A DNA stretch of 63,634 nucleotides, filler included, from Octopus bimaculoides (taxonomy: Eukaryota): NCBI RefSeq assembly GCF_001194135.2. It is 4 parts of 4 records of this genome, joined end to end, with 100 filler letters (N's around TTAATTAATTAA, not from the genome) between each part and the next. Parts side by side here need not be neighbours in the genome. Positions count along the whole stretch, not along the records: positions 1 to 30,881 come from NC_068987.1; positions 30,982 to 46,462 come from NC_068991.1; 2 more parts are not named here. The stretch is one strand, 5' to 3'. The stretch's first letter is position 1, and the number at the start of each line of letters is the position of its first letter. The notes beneath the pieces are model-generated. The model did no database searches, was not told where the DNA came from, and saw only the letters and a list, made by a program, of their open reading frames with translations. Positions 23,405-36,672 of the stretch are shown here, piece after piece. The position numbers and the translations under genes are program-made.

Positions 23405-23530
23405 GACGTGTTGCTAAGAAGAGCGCTTCGGAAGCATTAGTTTGGATTCGGTCCCACTGCATGGCATACTCCACTAAGACTTCGGGCCGAATTAATTTGG
23501 TAAACGGAGACTGTGTGGAAACCAGTCGTA
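23405..23530 (+). mobile_element. SINE B 5' half, diverged
   Basis: GGATTCGGTCCCACTGCATGGCA..TTTGGTAAACGGAGACTG. Confidence 0.65.
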
Positions 23531-23583
23531 TACAAGTGATTTTAGTTTGTTTCAATCCCCGAAAATAAGCAGTTCTTATACAT

Positions 23584-23964
23584 GTTGTTGGCACTCCGTC
23601 GCTTACGACGTCGTAGGTTCCAGTTGATCCGATCAACGGAACAGCCTGCTCGTGAAATTAACGCGCAAGTGACTGACCACTCCACAGACACGTGTACCCT
23701 TAACATAGTTCTCGGGGATATTCAGCGTGACACAGTGTGACAAAGCTGGCCCTTTGAATTACAGGCACAACAGAAACAGGAAGTGAGAGAAAGTTGTGGT
23801 GAAAAGAGCACAGCAGGGTCCGCCACCATCCCCTGCCGGAGCATCGTGGAGCTTCTAGATGTTTTCGCTCAATAAACACTCACAACGCCCAGTCTGGGAA
23901 TCGAAACCGCGATCCTATGACCACGAGTCCGCTGCCCTAACCACTGGGCCATTGCGCCTCCACT
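23584..23964 (-). mobile_element. SINE C, full length
   Basis: Reverse head GTGGAGGCGCAATGGCCCAGTGGTTAGGGCAGCGG..GGTTTCGATTCCCAG (A and B boxes); TSD GTTCTT(A/G)TACAT at 23572-23583 and 23965-23976. Confidence 0.93.
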
Positions 23965-24126
23965 GTTCTTGTACATACATACATACATACACACACACAT
24001 ACATACATACATGCATACATACATGCATACATACATGCATATGTATATATGCATATCTATCGATCTATGTGAGTATGTGTGTGTCTACATATATATGTAT
24101 ACACACACGCACACACACACACACAC

Positions 24127-24886
24127 TTGTCCGTAACGAAAAATACTCCTCCAGTACTGTTCGAACCTTTCCTACAAAATTCATAATTTTTCCCTCCAAA
24201 TGATTTTGCGGAATAAATGGTAATCAGATGGCGCTATAAATGGGAATAAATGGTAATCAGATGGGGCAATGACCGGTGAATATGGTGGGTGGGGCATCGT
24301 TTCCCATTCAAACAGCTCCAGCCTTTGGAAGGTAATCCTCGCTGTATGTGGCCGAGCATTAATTATCCTGATGGAAGAACACCTTTCATCTTGAAACCAA
24401 AGATGGTCGTTTTTCTTCAAGCGCTGACTTGATTGACTGGTTGAATGACCAAATCTAAGCTTCTTGACTAGTTTCTCAACAGTTACGATGTGATTTTGTC
24501 CTACCAGGGTTCGCAGGACGTCCTCGTTGAGCTCTTCAGATCTTTCAGGACGAGGTTCGTCTTCTAGGTTATAGTTTCTGGTTCGGAATTTCTGGAATCA
24601 CCGTTGACACTGCGTTACGCTTATTGCCCGATCCCCATATACTGCATTTAAATTCCTCGCACTTTCCGTTGATTTGTTGCTTTATTGAACTCATAAAACA
24701 AAACATGCCGAATATGCTCCTTTGTCACTTCCATTATGGGTTTGATAAAATAACTGCACTAAGAATAAGGACAAGGTAAAATTACTACCTACTTCTATAG
24801 CAAGTTGAAGCAGGTAGTTTATCCTGTCCCTCTCCGACTTTTAGTTTGTGCAATTGAAAAAAAACCGCATTATATATGGGATGACC

Positions 24887-24889
<3 letters not shown>
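24127..24889 (-). mobile_element. Mariner element, internally deleted
   Basis: ATG at 24734, MEVTKEHIRHVLFYEF..EDEPR (HTH) joined to NARPHTA..HPPYSP..APSDYHLF; 21-bp duplication of the SDYHLF codons; right terminus ..GGGATGACCGAA+TA. Confidence 0.88.
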
Positions 24890-24930
<41 letters not shown>

Positions 24931-25206
24931 AGAGAGGAGATAGTGACTTCAAAATTTCGGACTGTTCCCGTGAATGCTAGTAGCTGGGTGAAAATTTGGA
25001 GCCACTATCACGCCTCTTCTGATAAAGTTTTATAAACATTTACTCCACAAAAATGTATTGAGTTTAATGTTAAATTGTTTCTATTACAACTTGACATAAG
25101 AGATGGAAAGAAGTTAGGAGAGAGTACGGGAAGAAGATAGATAAATAAATAGATAGATGGCCAGATAGATAGAGAGATAGAGAGATAGACAGACAGACAG
25201 ATAGAG

Positions 25207-25282
<76 letters not shown>

Positions 25283-25283
<1 letters not shown>

Positions 25284-26666
25284 CATTTCTTTTATTAGCC
25301 ACACAAGGCTCAACAAAGATGGGACGAATACAATGTAGAGCTTTTCTTTTTAGGAGGGGGAAGGAAGAGAAAAAAAAAAGTAGGGTGGGTGTTGATCAAA
25401 AGGGAAGGAAAAAAGGGGGGAGTTCAATCAAAAGGGACCGAGAGAAAAAAAAAGCGATCAATAGGGATCGTGTATCACAGTAATGTTCTCGTGTAAAAGG
25501 AGGGGAGGACAGTTTAGGTTTAGCCGTGGAAAGAAAAGCCTACGGAAAAGACCACAGTAACCTTGGTCAATATTGTCATTGCAGAAACTATAACAGTAAG
25601 TGACTCTCTTTTGCCTTTTTGTTTTTTGTCTGGATTTTTTTACTCCTTTATAGTGTTATGCTCNNNNNNNNNNNNNNNNNNNNNNNNNNNNNNNNNNNNN
25701 NNNNNNNNNNNNNNNNNNNNNNNNNNNNNNNNNNNNNNNNNNNNNNNNNNNNNNNNNNNNNNNNNNNNNNNNNNNNNNNNNNNNNNNNNNNNNNNNNNNN
25801 NNNNNNNNNNNNNNNNNNNNNNNNNNNNNNNNNNNNNNNNNNNNNNNNNNNNNNNNNNNNNNNNNNNNNNNNNNNNNNNNNNNNNNNNNNNNNNNNNNNN
25901 NNNNNNNNNNNNNNNNNNNNNNNNNNNNNNNNNNNNNNNNNNNNNNNNNNNNNNNNNNNNNNNNNNNNNNNNNNNNNNNNNNNNNNNNNNNNNNNNNNNN
26001 NNNNNNNNNNNNNNNNNNNNNNNNNNNNNNNNNNNNNNNNNNNNNNNNNNNNNNNNNNNNNNNNNNNNNNNNNNNNNNNNNNNNNNNNNNNNNNNNNNNN
26101 NNNNNNNNNNNNNNNNNNNNNNNNNNNNNNNNNNNNNNNNNNNNNNNNNNNNNNNNNNNNNNNNNNNNNNNNNNNNNNNNNNNNNNNNNNNNNNNNNNNN
26201 NNNNNNNNNNNNNNNNNNNNNNNNNNNNNNNNNNNNNNNNNNNNNNNNNNNNNNNNNNNNNNNNNNNNNNNNNNNNNNNNNNNNNNNNNNNNNNNNNNNN
26301 NNNNNNNNNNNNNNNNNNNNNNNNNNNNNNNNNNNNNNNNNNNNNNNNNNNNNNNNNNNNNNNNNNNNNNNNNNNNNGAATGCGTTAATTGTGATGCAGT
26401 CGCTCATGGTTGACCCGGGTTGTTGGAGTTGCCGGAGAGCAACGCGACACTCGCGGTGCCATTCGCCCTTCCTCGGCCTCTTCTTGATCCACGACTGCAG
26501 TTCGGTCATGGAGACGAGCTGCGGGAAAGCGCGCCGCACAAACGGCGACTACACCTGTTCACCGTTGTTTACGTAGAGCCGGAGATGTCGCAGTCTCAGC
26601 GCGTGTCTGCGCATCATCAACCACGGCATGCCCAGTCCTCCTTTTAACGGGTGTTGGCAGAAAACG

Positions 26667-26670
<4 letters not shown>
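25283..26670 (-). mobile_element. L1/Tx1-clade LINE, 5'-truncated, inside (GATA)n
   Basis: 26380-26660 translates CQHPLKGGLGMPWLMMRRHALRL..WHRECRVAL (post-RT GGLG motif); 3' end ..GTGTGGCTAATAAAAGAAATGT then (ATCT)n; GATA tracts on both sides; middle is N. Confidence 0.8.
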
Positions 26671-26731
<61 letters not shown>

Positions 26732-26732
26732 C

Positions 26733-26777
<45 letters not shown>
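26671..26777. repeat. (GATA)n tract, partner of the GATA/GACA tract at 25135-25282
   Basis: Direct sequence. Confidence 0.97.
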
Positions 26778-26779
<2 letters not shown>

Positions 26780-27471
26780 ATGACAAGAACAGGTATACAT
26801 TTCATGTGTTATGCTCGTAATAGAGATGCTCAGTGGGGTGGTACGTTTATCATGCGTAGAGTTAAGCATTGAATGAGATGCAGTTTAAAGTTTGTATAAG
26901 ACGTGAGTGATCTGTGATGATCAGCAGATGGCGTAAGGTGCCAGCAGTTACTTGCATTTTTGTCTTTCGAAATATTGTATTTATATATTTTGTATTATCA
27001 TAGGTGTTGTTTGACGTTTAGAACCAGATCAGCTATGATAGACCAGACCGATGAGCAAGGACGTTTCTGCCTATAACCATCACGTATTTACTTTCGGATA
27101 CCGCGTATCTATAGGGCTATATGTAATATCTGTCCCACTGTTTCTTTCTTCTTTTTGTTTTTGCTTTTTCTTTTTTTTTTCTAAGAAGGTGAGGTGCGAT
27201 CTGGGACAGATTTAGCTGCTATTTCTAGCAAATCGAACGACTAAGCTGAGGTTCTTTCATTGGGACCTTCGCAATGCTGGTACTTGATGTGCCACATTCA
27301 CACCTACCTCACTACCTACATAGCTCCCACCCTCCCCTACTTACCTACCTTTCTAACTACTTACTTACCTACCTGGTACCTATCTACCTAACCTACCTAC
27401 CTACATACATACATACATACATACATACATACATACATACGTGCATACATACATGCATAGATACACAATAC

Positions 27472-27516
<45 letters not shown>

Positions 27517-27519
27517 CAT

Positions 27520-27550
<31 letters not shown>

Positions 27551-27742
27551 TATATATATACATACATACATACATACATACACACATATAGACGTATGCA
27601 CACACACACACACAGGCGTATATACGTATTTATATATACATACATACATACGTTTATGCCTATTCAAAGTTTCAAACAAACACACACATACAGATACACA
27701 TACTCACATACATACATACATAAATACACACACATACATACA

Positions 27743-27774
<32 letters not shown>

Positions 27775-28007
27775 CNNNNNNNNNNNNNNNNNNNNNNNNN
27801 NNNNNNNNNNNNNNNNNNNNNNNNNNNNNNNNNNNNNNNNNNNNNNNNNNNNNNNNNNNNNNNNNNNNNNNNNNNNNNNNNNNNNNNNNNNNNNNNNNNN
27901 NNNNNNNNNNNNNNNNNNNNNNNNNNNNNNNNNNNNNNNNNNNNNNNNNNNNNNNNNNNNNNNNNNNNNNNNNNNNNNNNNNNNNNNNNNATGCATGCAT
28001 ACATACA

Positions 28008-28039
<32 letters not shown>

Positions 28040-28063
28040 CGTACAGAGATAGGCTAGGTTCAA

Positions 28064-28139
<76 letters not shown>

Positions 28140-28147
28140 TGCATGCA

Positions 28148-28179
<32 letters not shown>

Positions 28180-29505
28180 CACCATGTATCTATATAAACA
28201 TGTGTGTGTGCGCGCGCGCATGTGTAGGTATCTATGTTTAAGTGTATGCAAAGGTACATATGGCTGTTTGAGCGAATGTGTATCGGTGGAGGTGTAAGGT
28301 GCGGTGCACGCGTATGGCGTATGTGCGTGCATTTGTGTGTGTGTGTGTGTGTGTGTTTGCGTACATGTGCGTGTGTGTGTGTGTGTGTGTGTTTGCGTGT
28401 GTGTTTTCCTGTGTGTCTACTTGTGGAAGCGACTTGTACCTTAAATGGCGTTATGTTAAGTGCAGTGGGGAAGATATCAAATGTCTTCACCCGGCGTCTG
28501 TCTACCCACCACCAAACTTTAACGAACAGAACTCTCCTAGTCGCGCAGATTCCCACCAAACCAATAAGGGGGTTGGGAGGAATATATAAATAAATAAATA
28601 GATAAATAAATAAATAAATAAACAAAAAGCGATAACAAAAAAAAACAAGAAACAAAATTACAGGAGATAGTAAAACTAAAAAAGCGTTTAACTTTACCTC
28701 CNNNNNNNNNNNNNNNNNNNNNNNNNNNNNNNNNNNNNNNNNNNNNNNNNNNNNNNNNNNNNNNNNNNNNNNNNNNNNNNNNNNNNNNNNNNNNNNNNNN
28801 NNNNNNNNNNNNNNNNNNNNNNNNNNNNNNNNNNNNNNNNNNNNNNNNNNNNNNNNNNNNNNNNNNNNNNNNNNNNNNNNNNNNNNNNNNNNNNNNNNNN
28901 NNNNNNNNNNNNNNNNNNNNNNNNNNNNNNNNNNNNNNNNNNNNNNNNNNNNNNNNNNNNNNNNNNNNNNNNNNNNNNNNNNNNNNNNNNNNNNNNNNNN
29001 NNNNNNNNNNNNNNNNNNNNNNNNNNNNNNNNNNNNNNNNNNNNNNNNNNNNNNNNNNNNNNNNNNNNNNNNNNNNNNNNNNNNNNNNNNNNNNNNNNNN
29101 NNNNNNNNNNNNNNNNNNNNNNNNNNNNNNNNNNNNNNNNNNNNNNNNNNNNNNNNNNNNNNNNNNNNNNNNNNNNNNNNNNNNNNNNNNNNNNNNNNNN
29201 NNNNNNNNNNNNNNNNNNNNNNNNNNNNNNNNNNNNNNNNNNNNNNNNNNNNNNNNNNNNNNNNNNNNNNNNNNNNNNNNNNNNNNNNNNNNNNNNNNNN
29301 NNNNNNNNNNNNNNNNNNNTATATATATAGTGTGTGTGCGTGTGGATGTGGGTATGCGTGTGTGTTTCCAAGTTGGACTCTACCCCGTTTTAGCACCTGT
29401 CCACCAAACTATGTACCTGTCAGCATGACTTTTTTGATACCTGTCAAAAGATTAGTCTTTTTAAATGCCAATCGTACCTGCAAATCCGTAAGTCTGAACA
29501 TGACA

Positions 29506-29567
<62 letters not shown>

Positions 29568-30291
29568 AATGGTGATGATGGCAGTGATATATTCACAAAC
29601 ATATATATATATACACACACATATATATAAATTTGATAGAAATGGCAAGACAACAAAAGAATGAAAGAGACCTCGATATTATGTAAATAGAGGAATTTAT
29701 CTGTAAATATATGTGTTAAGTGTGTGAGCATCCTTTCTTAAATGCTAATAATTATTTCTTGTTTGTGGTTCTATCATCGTATACATACATACGTATAGGA
29801 GGTATCAATACAAATACATATATTTACATATACAAAGTATCTTCAATGTTTGTGTTTACCCTATTTTCAAAACAGTCGGAAAAGTTTTGGTGTAAATAAA
29901 GATACATGAAATTTTTTTCCGTCGGACACTTCGGCTAGAATGTTCCTACGCTTTCTCACATGGTTTTGGCGCTTCTTGGAATTTCTCTCTGTATACATTT
30001 GATACTGAGAAGAGCCTGCGTATTCTCATAGGTACAATTTTTAAATACTTTGAATATGTGTGCGAATGTAGCTAATGTATGGATGGGCGTGTGTAGGGGT
30101 ACATTTATGTAGGTATGTATGTATGCATGTATGTATGTATGTATGTATGTATATATGTATGTATGTACGTATGTATGTCCATGTGTATGTATGTGCCTGT
30201 ATGTATGTATCTATGTTTGTATAAGATCGGCGTGTGTATGTATGCGTCCATGTATACATCTACGTGTAGGTATGTATGCATGCATATATGG

Positions 30292-30426
<135 letters not shown>

Positions 30427-30828
30427 GCACGTATGAGCATCTGTAACCATGTATATGTGTGTATACATGCATCTATGTATATATACGTGTGGGTATGCAT
30501 GCATGCATGAATATATGTGCGTGTGTTCGTGTGTGTATGTAAGTATGTAAATATATATGCATGTATGTTTATGCGTATATATGTATATGTATGTGTACAT
30601 GTACGTATTTATGTGTACACGTGGGGGTATGCACATATACATGTATGGCTATACGTGCATGTGTGCGTGTGTTTGCTCATGAATTCGTCTGTAGCTACGT
30701 GTTTCTGAATGTAGGAATGCTTGTGTATATTATCCGCAAATATATAAGCATTCGCATATGTGTGCTATGCGTGCGCGTGCGTGCGTGTATGTGTATATAT
30801 ATATATATGTGTTTGTATGTATGTATAT

Positions 30829-30881
<53 letters not shown>

Positions 30882-30925
30882 NNNNNNNNNNNNNNNNNNN
30901 NNNNNNNNNNNNNNNNNNNNNNNNN

Positions 30926-30937
30926 TTAATTAATTAA
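30926..30937. other. Assembly spacer TTAATTAATTAA in a 44N-12-44N gap (also 46507-46518 and 58875-58886)
   Basis: Identical 100-bp layout three times. Confidence 0.95.
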
Positions 30938-30981
30938 NNNNNNNNNNNNNNNNNNNNNNNNNNNNNNNNNNNNNNNNNNNN

Positions 30982-31085
30982 AGGAGGAAGGGGAAGCAGA
31001 GGAGGAGGAAGGGGAAGCAGAGGAGGAGGAAGGGGAAGCAGAGGAGGAGGAAGGGGAAGCAGAGGAGGAGGAAGGGGAGGAGGAA
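30982..31085. repeat. 21-bp purine minisatellite (AGGAGGAAGGGGAAGCAGAGG), about 4.5 units
   Basis: Direct sequence. Confidence 0.9.
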
Positions 31086-31274
31086 GGTGGTTGTGATGGT
31101 GGTTGTGTTGGTGGTGGTGATTAAGATGGCGTTGACGACATCGCTAACAACCATGTCATGTGACAACGAAAATAATGGTGACGACAATGACAATGATGAC
31201 GACGTTGACGACGACGATTATGTGATTGTGAATGCAGATAAATAAATACTTATAGATGGTTTTGATTTTCTTTA

Positions 31275-31345
<71 letters not shown>

Positions 31346-32183
31346 TATGTGTGTGTGCATGTCTGTCTGTGAGAGGCAGATCGGGAGAAGAGAGAGAGAG
31401 AGAAATGTCTGATCAGTTAATTAACGACGTGCATTTAACAGTGATTAAGAGATTAAAACTGTTTATTCGATTAAGCAGAGATTACTAAGCAACAGAAACC
31501 AAGATCAATGTAAGAGGTGCGATGCGACTGGAATATTTCTGAGAAAAAAACCATCTGTCGTAATGCTTGCTTTATCGCAAGAGAATNNNNNNNNNNNNNN
31601 NNNNNNNNNNNNNNNNNNNNNNNNNNNNNNNNNNNNNNNNNNNNNNNNNNNNNNNNNNNNNNNNNNNNNNNNNNNNNNNNNNNNNNNNNNNNNNNNNNNN
31701 NNNNNNNNNNNNNNNNNNNNNNNNNNNNNNNNNNNNNNNNNNNNNNNNNNNNNNNNNNNNNNNNNNNNNNNNNNNNNNNNNNNNNNNNNNNNNNNNNNNN
31801 NNNNNNNNNNNNNNNNNNNNNNNNNNNNNNNNNNNNNNNNNNNNNNNNNNNNNNNNNNNNNNNNNNNNNNNNNNNNNNNNNNNNNNNNNNNNNNNNNNNN
31901 NNNNNNNNNNNNNNNNNNNNNNNNNNNNNNNNNNNNNNNNNNNNNNNNNNNNNNNNNNNNNNNNNNNNNNNNNNNNNNNNNNNNNNNNNNNNNNNNNNNN
32001 NNNNNNNNNNNNNNNNNNNNNNNNNNNNNNNNNNNNNNNNNNNNNNNNNNNNNNNNNNNNNNNNNNNNNNNNNNNNNNNNNNNNNNNNNNNNNNNNNNNN
32101 NNNNNNNNNNNNNNNNNNNNNNNNNNNNNNNNNNNNNNNNNNNNNNNNNNNNNNNNNNNNNNNNNNNNNNNNNNNNNNNNNNN

Positions 32184-32222
<39 letters not shown>

Positions 32223-32709
32223 TTGTGTGTGTGTGTGTGTGAGTGTGTGTGTGTGTGTGTATGTGTGTGAGTGTGTGTGTGTGTGCGTCTTTGTGTCTGC
32301 GTTTGTCCCCCCACGACCACTTGACAACTGGTGTTGGTGTGTTTACGTGTCTGAGCGACTTTTCATGTGCACCATTAATTAATACACATGCACACGCATA
32401 CAACATACATGTTTATATACATATAATACATACATACATACATACATGTATAGATATATACAATGTATGCATACAAACATATTCTTGTATGCGCGTGTTT
32501 GTGTATGTGCGTGTGGTTATATGTCTTTGTGTGTGCGCATTTATATGTGTATGTACATGTGCGTTTTGTGTGGTGTGTGCACGTATGGAAGAGTGTGTGT
32601 ATATATGTGTGTGTAGTAGTGGCTTTAGTCCTACCTTATACAATATGTCGTTTGCTTTTGTTGATTTCTTAAATATCCTACAGTGTCCTATGAGAAAGAT
32701 TTGGGGTTA

Positions 32710-33300
32710 GGGTGAGGGTCCTTGTACGGCGACCTCGTAGAGACTCCCCTATTAGCAGGATTTCTAGTTGATTTTTACAGCAGTTGTGACTTGTGACAGT
32801 AGTTGTGGTGATCATAAGGGCAATGGCCGCAGTAGAGATATTTGGTGATATAGTAATGTAGTTTCAGACCTCCTTTAGTCTGTGACAGGTTATCCATGCT
32901 TGTACCTTCCTGATCATGATGAATGCTTCCGAACAGCTCACCCAACCACTTAAGTATTTGAAGTCTTCGGCAACATTCAATTTGGAACCACTCAAAGCAA
33001 ACAGTTCACTATCAACTTGATTGGTTGAAAGACATGTATTCCGTTTTCTTGACATTTGTGTGAAGTTCTATTTTAGCAGCTGCTGTTTCTATTCTGCTGA
33101 GTAGAGACTCAATGCCTTTATATGGCAGTATAACATGAATACCGACAAAGAAATTATCAAACAGGCTAAACGGATGCTACTCAAGGATGCTACGAATGGC
33201 CCTAAATCTGAAATGGTAGCAACATACGACCAATGAATGTCTTTATGGAAACCTGCCGAAATTTAGCGAGATCAGGCAAAGACGGCTGCGCCACTCTGAA
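32710..33300. mobile_element. RTE-clade LINE fragments in opposite orientations
   Basis: Minus 33110-32870: LLSRIETAAAKIELHTNVKKTEYMSFNQ..AEDFKYL..IRKVQAW; plus 33185-33300: MLRMALNLKW*QHTTNECLYGNLPK..IRQRRLR. Confidence 0.8.
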
Positions 33301-33514
33301 CTAGAAGCATTCAAATTCGTTTTGTAGAATCCACTTTGTAGTGATGTAAGACGAGGAAAACTTCGTCACATTCCATCCACAACTTGACTGCAGGCACTGG
33401 CTTGGAATGTAGCCAGGAGATTGAGGTAGTAGTGATGGACTGAGAGGAATGGCGGTTAGACTTTGTTGCTGAGGCCCAGGTTACAACTTGGCCATGATAA
33501 TAATATTGTAGTTT

Positions 33515-33719
33515 TTCCTTCCTACTACAAAGGGAAGGGGTAGCTAGTCGATTACATGGAGTCCAGTGCATATCTGGTATCTATTTCGTCGGCCGCGAAA
33601 CAATGAACAGCAAAGTCGACCTCGACGGAATTTGAAATCAGAACGTAAGGCAGAACGTAAAGAAATGCCGCTAAGTATTTAGACCGGCGTGCTAACGATA
33701 CCTCCAGCTTGCCGTCTTC
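33515..33719 (-). mobile_element. SINE A, diverged
   Basis: Family A blocks. Confidence 0.75.
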
Positions 33720-33896
33720 AGGGTGATGTAGTTGTTGCTATTGCTGCTGTTGATGATGGTAGTTGTAGTGGTGATGGTTGTATTGGTGGTGGTCGTAGTG
33801 TTGTTTTTGTTGTTGGCGGTGGTGGATATGATGGAAGTTGTAATAGTGATTATACGGTTATGGTATTACTGGAGTCGGGAAGCTGTGGTTGTTTCG

Positions 33897-33936
<40 letters not shown>

Positions 33937-34090
33937 TCGTCGTCGTCGTCGTCGTCGTGAGGGCAGCGACGGCGACGCTGTTGGCCACTGTAACTGTGTT
34001 AATGGTAGCGGTGATGATAGTGGGGTATACATGTGACTGCGACACAGATATGTGGTGGCTGTGGAGGAACCATAGTAGTAGTAGTAGAAA

Positions 34091-34141
<51 letters not shown>

Positions 34142-34200
34142 CAGCAGTAGAATTGGTAGTGAAATTGCAGTGGTTAGTAGTAGTAGGAGTCGTAGTAGTC

Positions 34201-34264
<64 letters not shown>
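33720..34264. repeat. Compound trinucleotide low-complexity tract (GGT/GTT/CGT/AGT)
   Basis: Direct sequence. Confidence 0.9.
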
Positions 34265-35318
34265 NNNNNNNNNNNNNNNNNNNNNNNNNNNNNNNNNNNN
34301 NNNNNNNNNNNNNNNNNNNNNNNNNNNNNNNNNNNNNNNNNNNNNNNNNNNNNNNNNNNNNNNNNNNNNNNNNNNNNNNNNNNNNNNNNNNNNNNNNNNN
34401 NNNNNNNNNNNNNNNNNNNNNNNNNNNNNNNNNNNNNNNNNNNNNNNNNNNNNNNNNNNNNNNNNNNNNNNGTGGGGGAAGCGGCGGTGTGGGTGGGGGT
34501 GGCGGTGGTGGTGGTGTCGGCTGCAGTTGTTAGAGGGAGAATTACTTGACTGTGATATGAAGACTGTTTGTACGTGGACTTGATTTAAACAAAGAGTTTA
34601 GTCGGGACAAACAAGGAAAAGATTTTTAAAAAGCGCAGATATGTACGCGTGTATATGCGTGTATATGTGCATGTCTGTACACGTAAGTAGAATGCGTATG
34701 ATTGTAGAACGCGTGTATAGTTGGTGTGTATTTGCGTATGTGTATGTGGGGATAAATGGTCGACTTTGAACATTTGCATAAATAGCCTTATCAATGTATT
34801 TCTTTTTTCTATAACTATATACGTATGCACACACTCAATATATACCTATATATATATAAATGTGCATATATATACATGTATATATATGTGCATATATATA
34901 TACATGTATATATATATATATATATACATATATATATGCATGTATACCATAGACATAATATATATATATATATATATATATGTTGTACACACTCATNNNN
35001 NNNNNNNNNNNNNNNNNNNNNNNNNNNNNNNNNNNNNNNNNNNNNNNNNNNNNNNNNNNNNNNNNNNNNNNNNNNNNNNNNNNNNNNNNNNNNNNNNNNN
35101 NNNNNNNNNNNNNNNNNNNNNNNNNNNNNNNNNNNNNNNNNNNNNNNNNNNNNNNNNNNNNNNNNNNNNNNNNNNNNNNNNNNNNNNNNNNNNNNNNNNN
35201 NNNNNNNNNNNNNNNNNNNNNNNNNNNNNNNNNNNNNNNNNNNNNNNNNNNNNNNNNNNNNNNNNNNNNNNNNNNNNNNNNNNNNNNNNNNNNNNNNNNN
35301 NNNNNNNNNNNNNNNNNN

Positions 35319-35354
<36 letters not shown>

Positions 35355-35382
35355 GCACACGTATAAATATACATAGATACGC

Positions 35383-35426
<44 letters not shown>

Positions 35427-35734
35427 AATGTGAGAGATGTGTGCGTGTGTGCGTGTGCGCATGTGTGCGTGCATGTGTTTGTGTGTATGTGCGTGCGCAG
35501 GTGTATGAGTATAAGTGTGTGTAAATATGTATATCTCTTTGTATGCGAATGCATTTATAGCGTCGTATTTGAAAAGGCGACGAGTTTGAACGCATGCATC
35601 CAATTGAGATACGTTAAGAGAGGGCAGAGAGTAGAGTAGGGGGTGTTTAGAAAAGCTCTACCCGAGTTCTGCTTCGAGACGTGCGCGGACGTGCCTGTGT
35701 ATACGAGGTAGAAATTTAATGGGTGTTTGCATGT

Positions 35735-35780
<46 letters not shown>

Positions 35781-36115
35781 CGTAGATGTTAGAACGGAAT
35801 GAAAGGGTGGGTTATATGAAAAAAAGGAGGATGCTTTGTCTAGGACAAACAAACGCNNNNNNNNNNNNNNNNNNNNNNNNNNNNNNNNNNNNNNNNNNNN
35901 NNNNNNNNNNNNNNNNNNNNNNNNNNNNNNNNNNNNNNNNNNNNNNNNNNNNNNNNNNNNNNNNNNNNNNNNNNNNNNNNNNNNNNNNNNNNNNNNNNNN
36001 NNNNNNNNNNNNNNNNNNNNNNNNNNNNNNNNNNNNNNNNNNNNNNNNNNNNNNNNNNNNNNNNNNNNNNNNNNNNNNNNNNNNNNNNNNNNNNNNNNNN
36101 NNNNNNNNNNNNNNN

Positions 36116-36148
<33 letters not shown>

Positions 36149-36336
36149 TTTCTCATTCTCTCTAAATATTTATGTGTGCGTGGTGTGTGTATGTGTGTGT
36201 TCACAGAGAGAGAGAGAAAAAGAGATAGGTAGGTATATAAATAAGTAGGTAGACAGACAGATAGATAGATAGATAGATAGTGCTGCCTGGTTATGAACAT
36301 ACCCATTAATAAATATTAACAAAAAATATGTGCGTA

Positions 36337-36381
<45 letters not shown>

Positions 36382-36454
36382 GCACATATACACACTATCA
36401 TTAAGCATATATACATAAAATATGTATATATGTGTCAGTGTGTCTGCACAAAGC

Positions 36455-36494
<40 letters not shown>

Positions 36495-36634
36495 AATATA
36501 TATATAGCATGCGTGTTCAGTTTTGTGTGTTTTTGTGCGTGTGTGAAGGCATTGAAGCATGATAAAGAGAGAAATCACCGAAGGGACAACTTTTAATAAA
36601 TATTGTAGTAGTTGAACGCTTAGAAAGGAAGTGA

Positions 36635-36672
36635 GTCTTTACACTTCGGATGCAAGTCCTTCATCAGAAGAA
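36635..36672 (-). ncRNA. Degenerate minimal type I hammerhead ribozyme
   Basis: TCTT-CTGATGA-A-GGA(CTTGCA)TCC-GAAG-T-GTA-AAGA: stems I and II pair, GAAA core mutated, stem III lost. Confidence 0.45.

Noticed and set aside
23900-23964. tRNA gene
   Set aside because: A/B boxes belong to SINE heads continuing into SINE bodies; no acceptor stem or poly-T terminator
28400-28590. Three overlapping open frames in moderately GC-rich sequence
   Set aside because: No recognisable protein; splice sites weak
32704-32719. Interstitial telomere GGGTTAGGGTGAGGG
   Set aside because: Only about two units; within an RTE fragment; expected by chance
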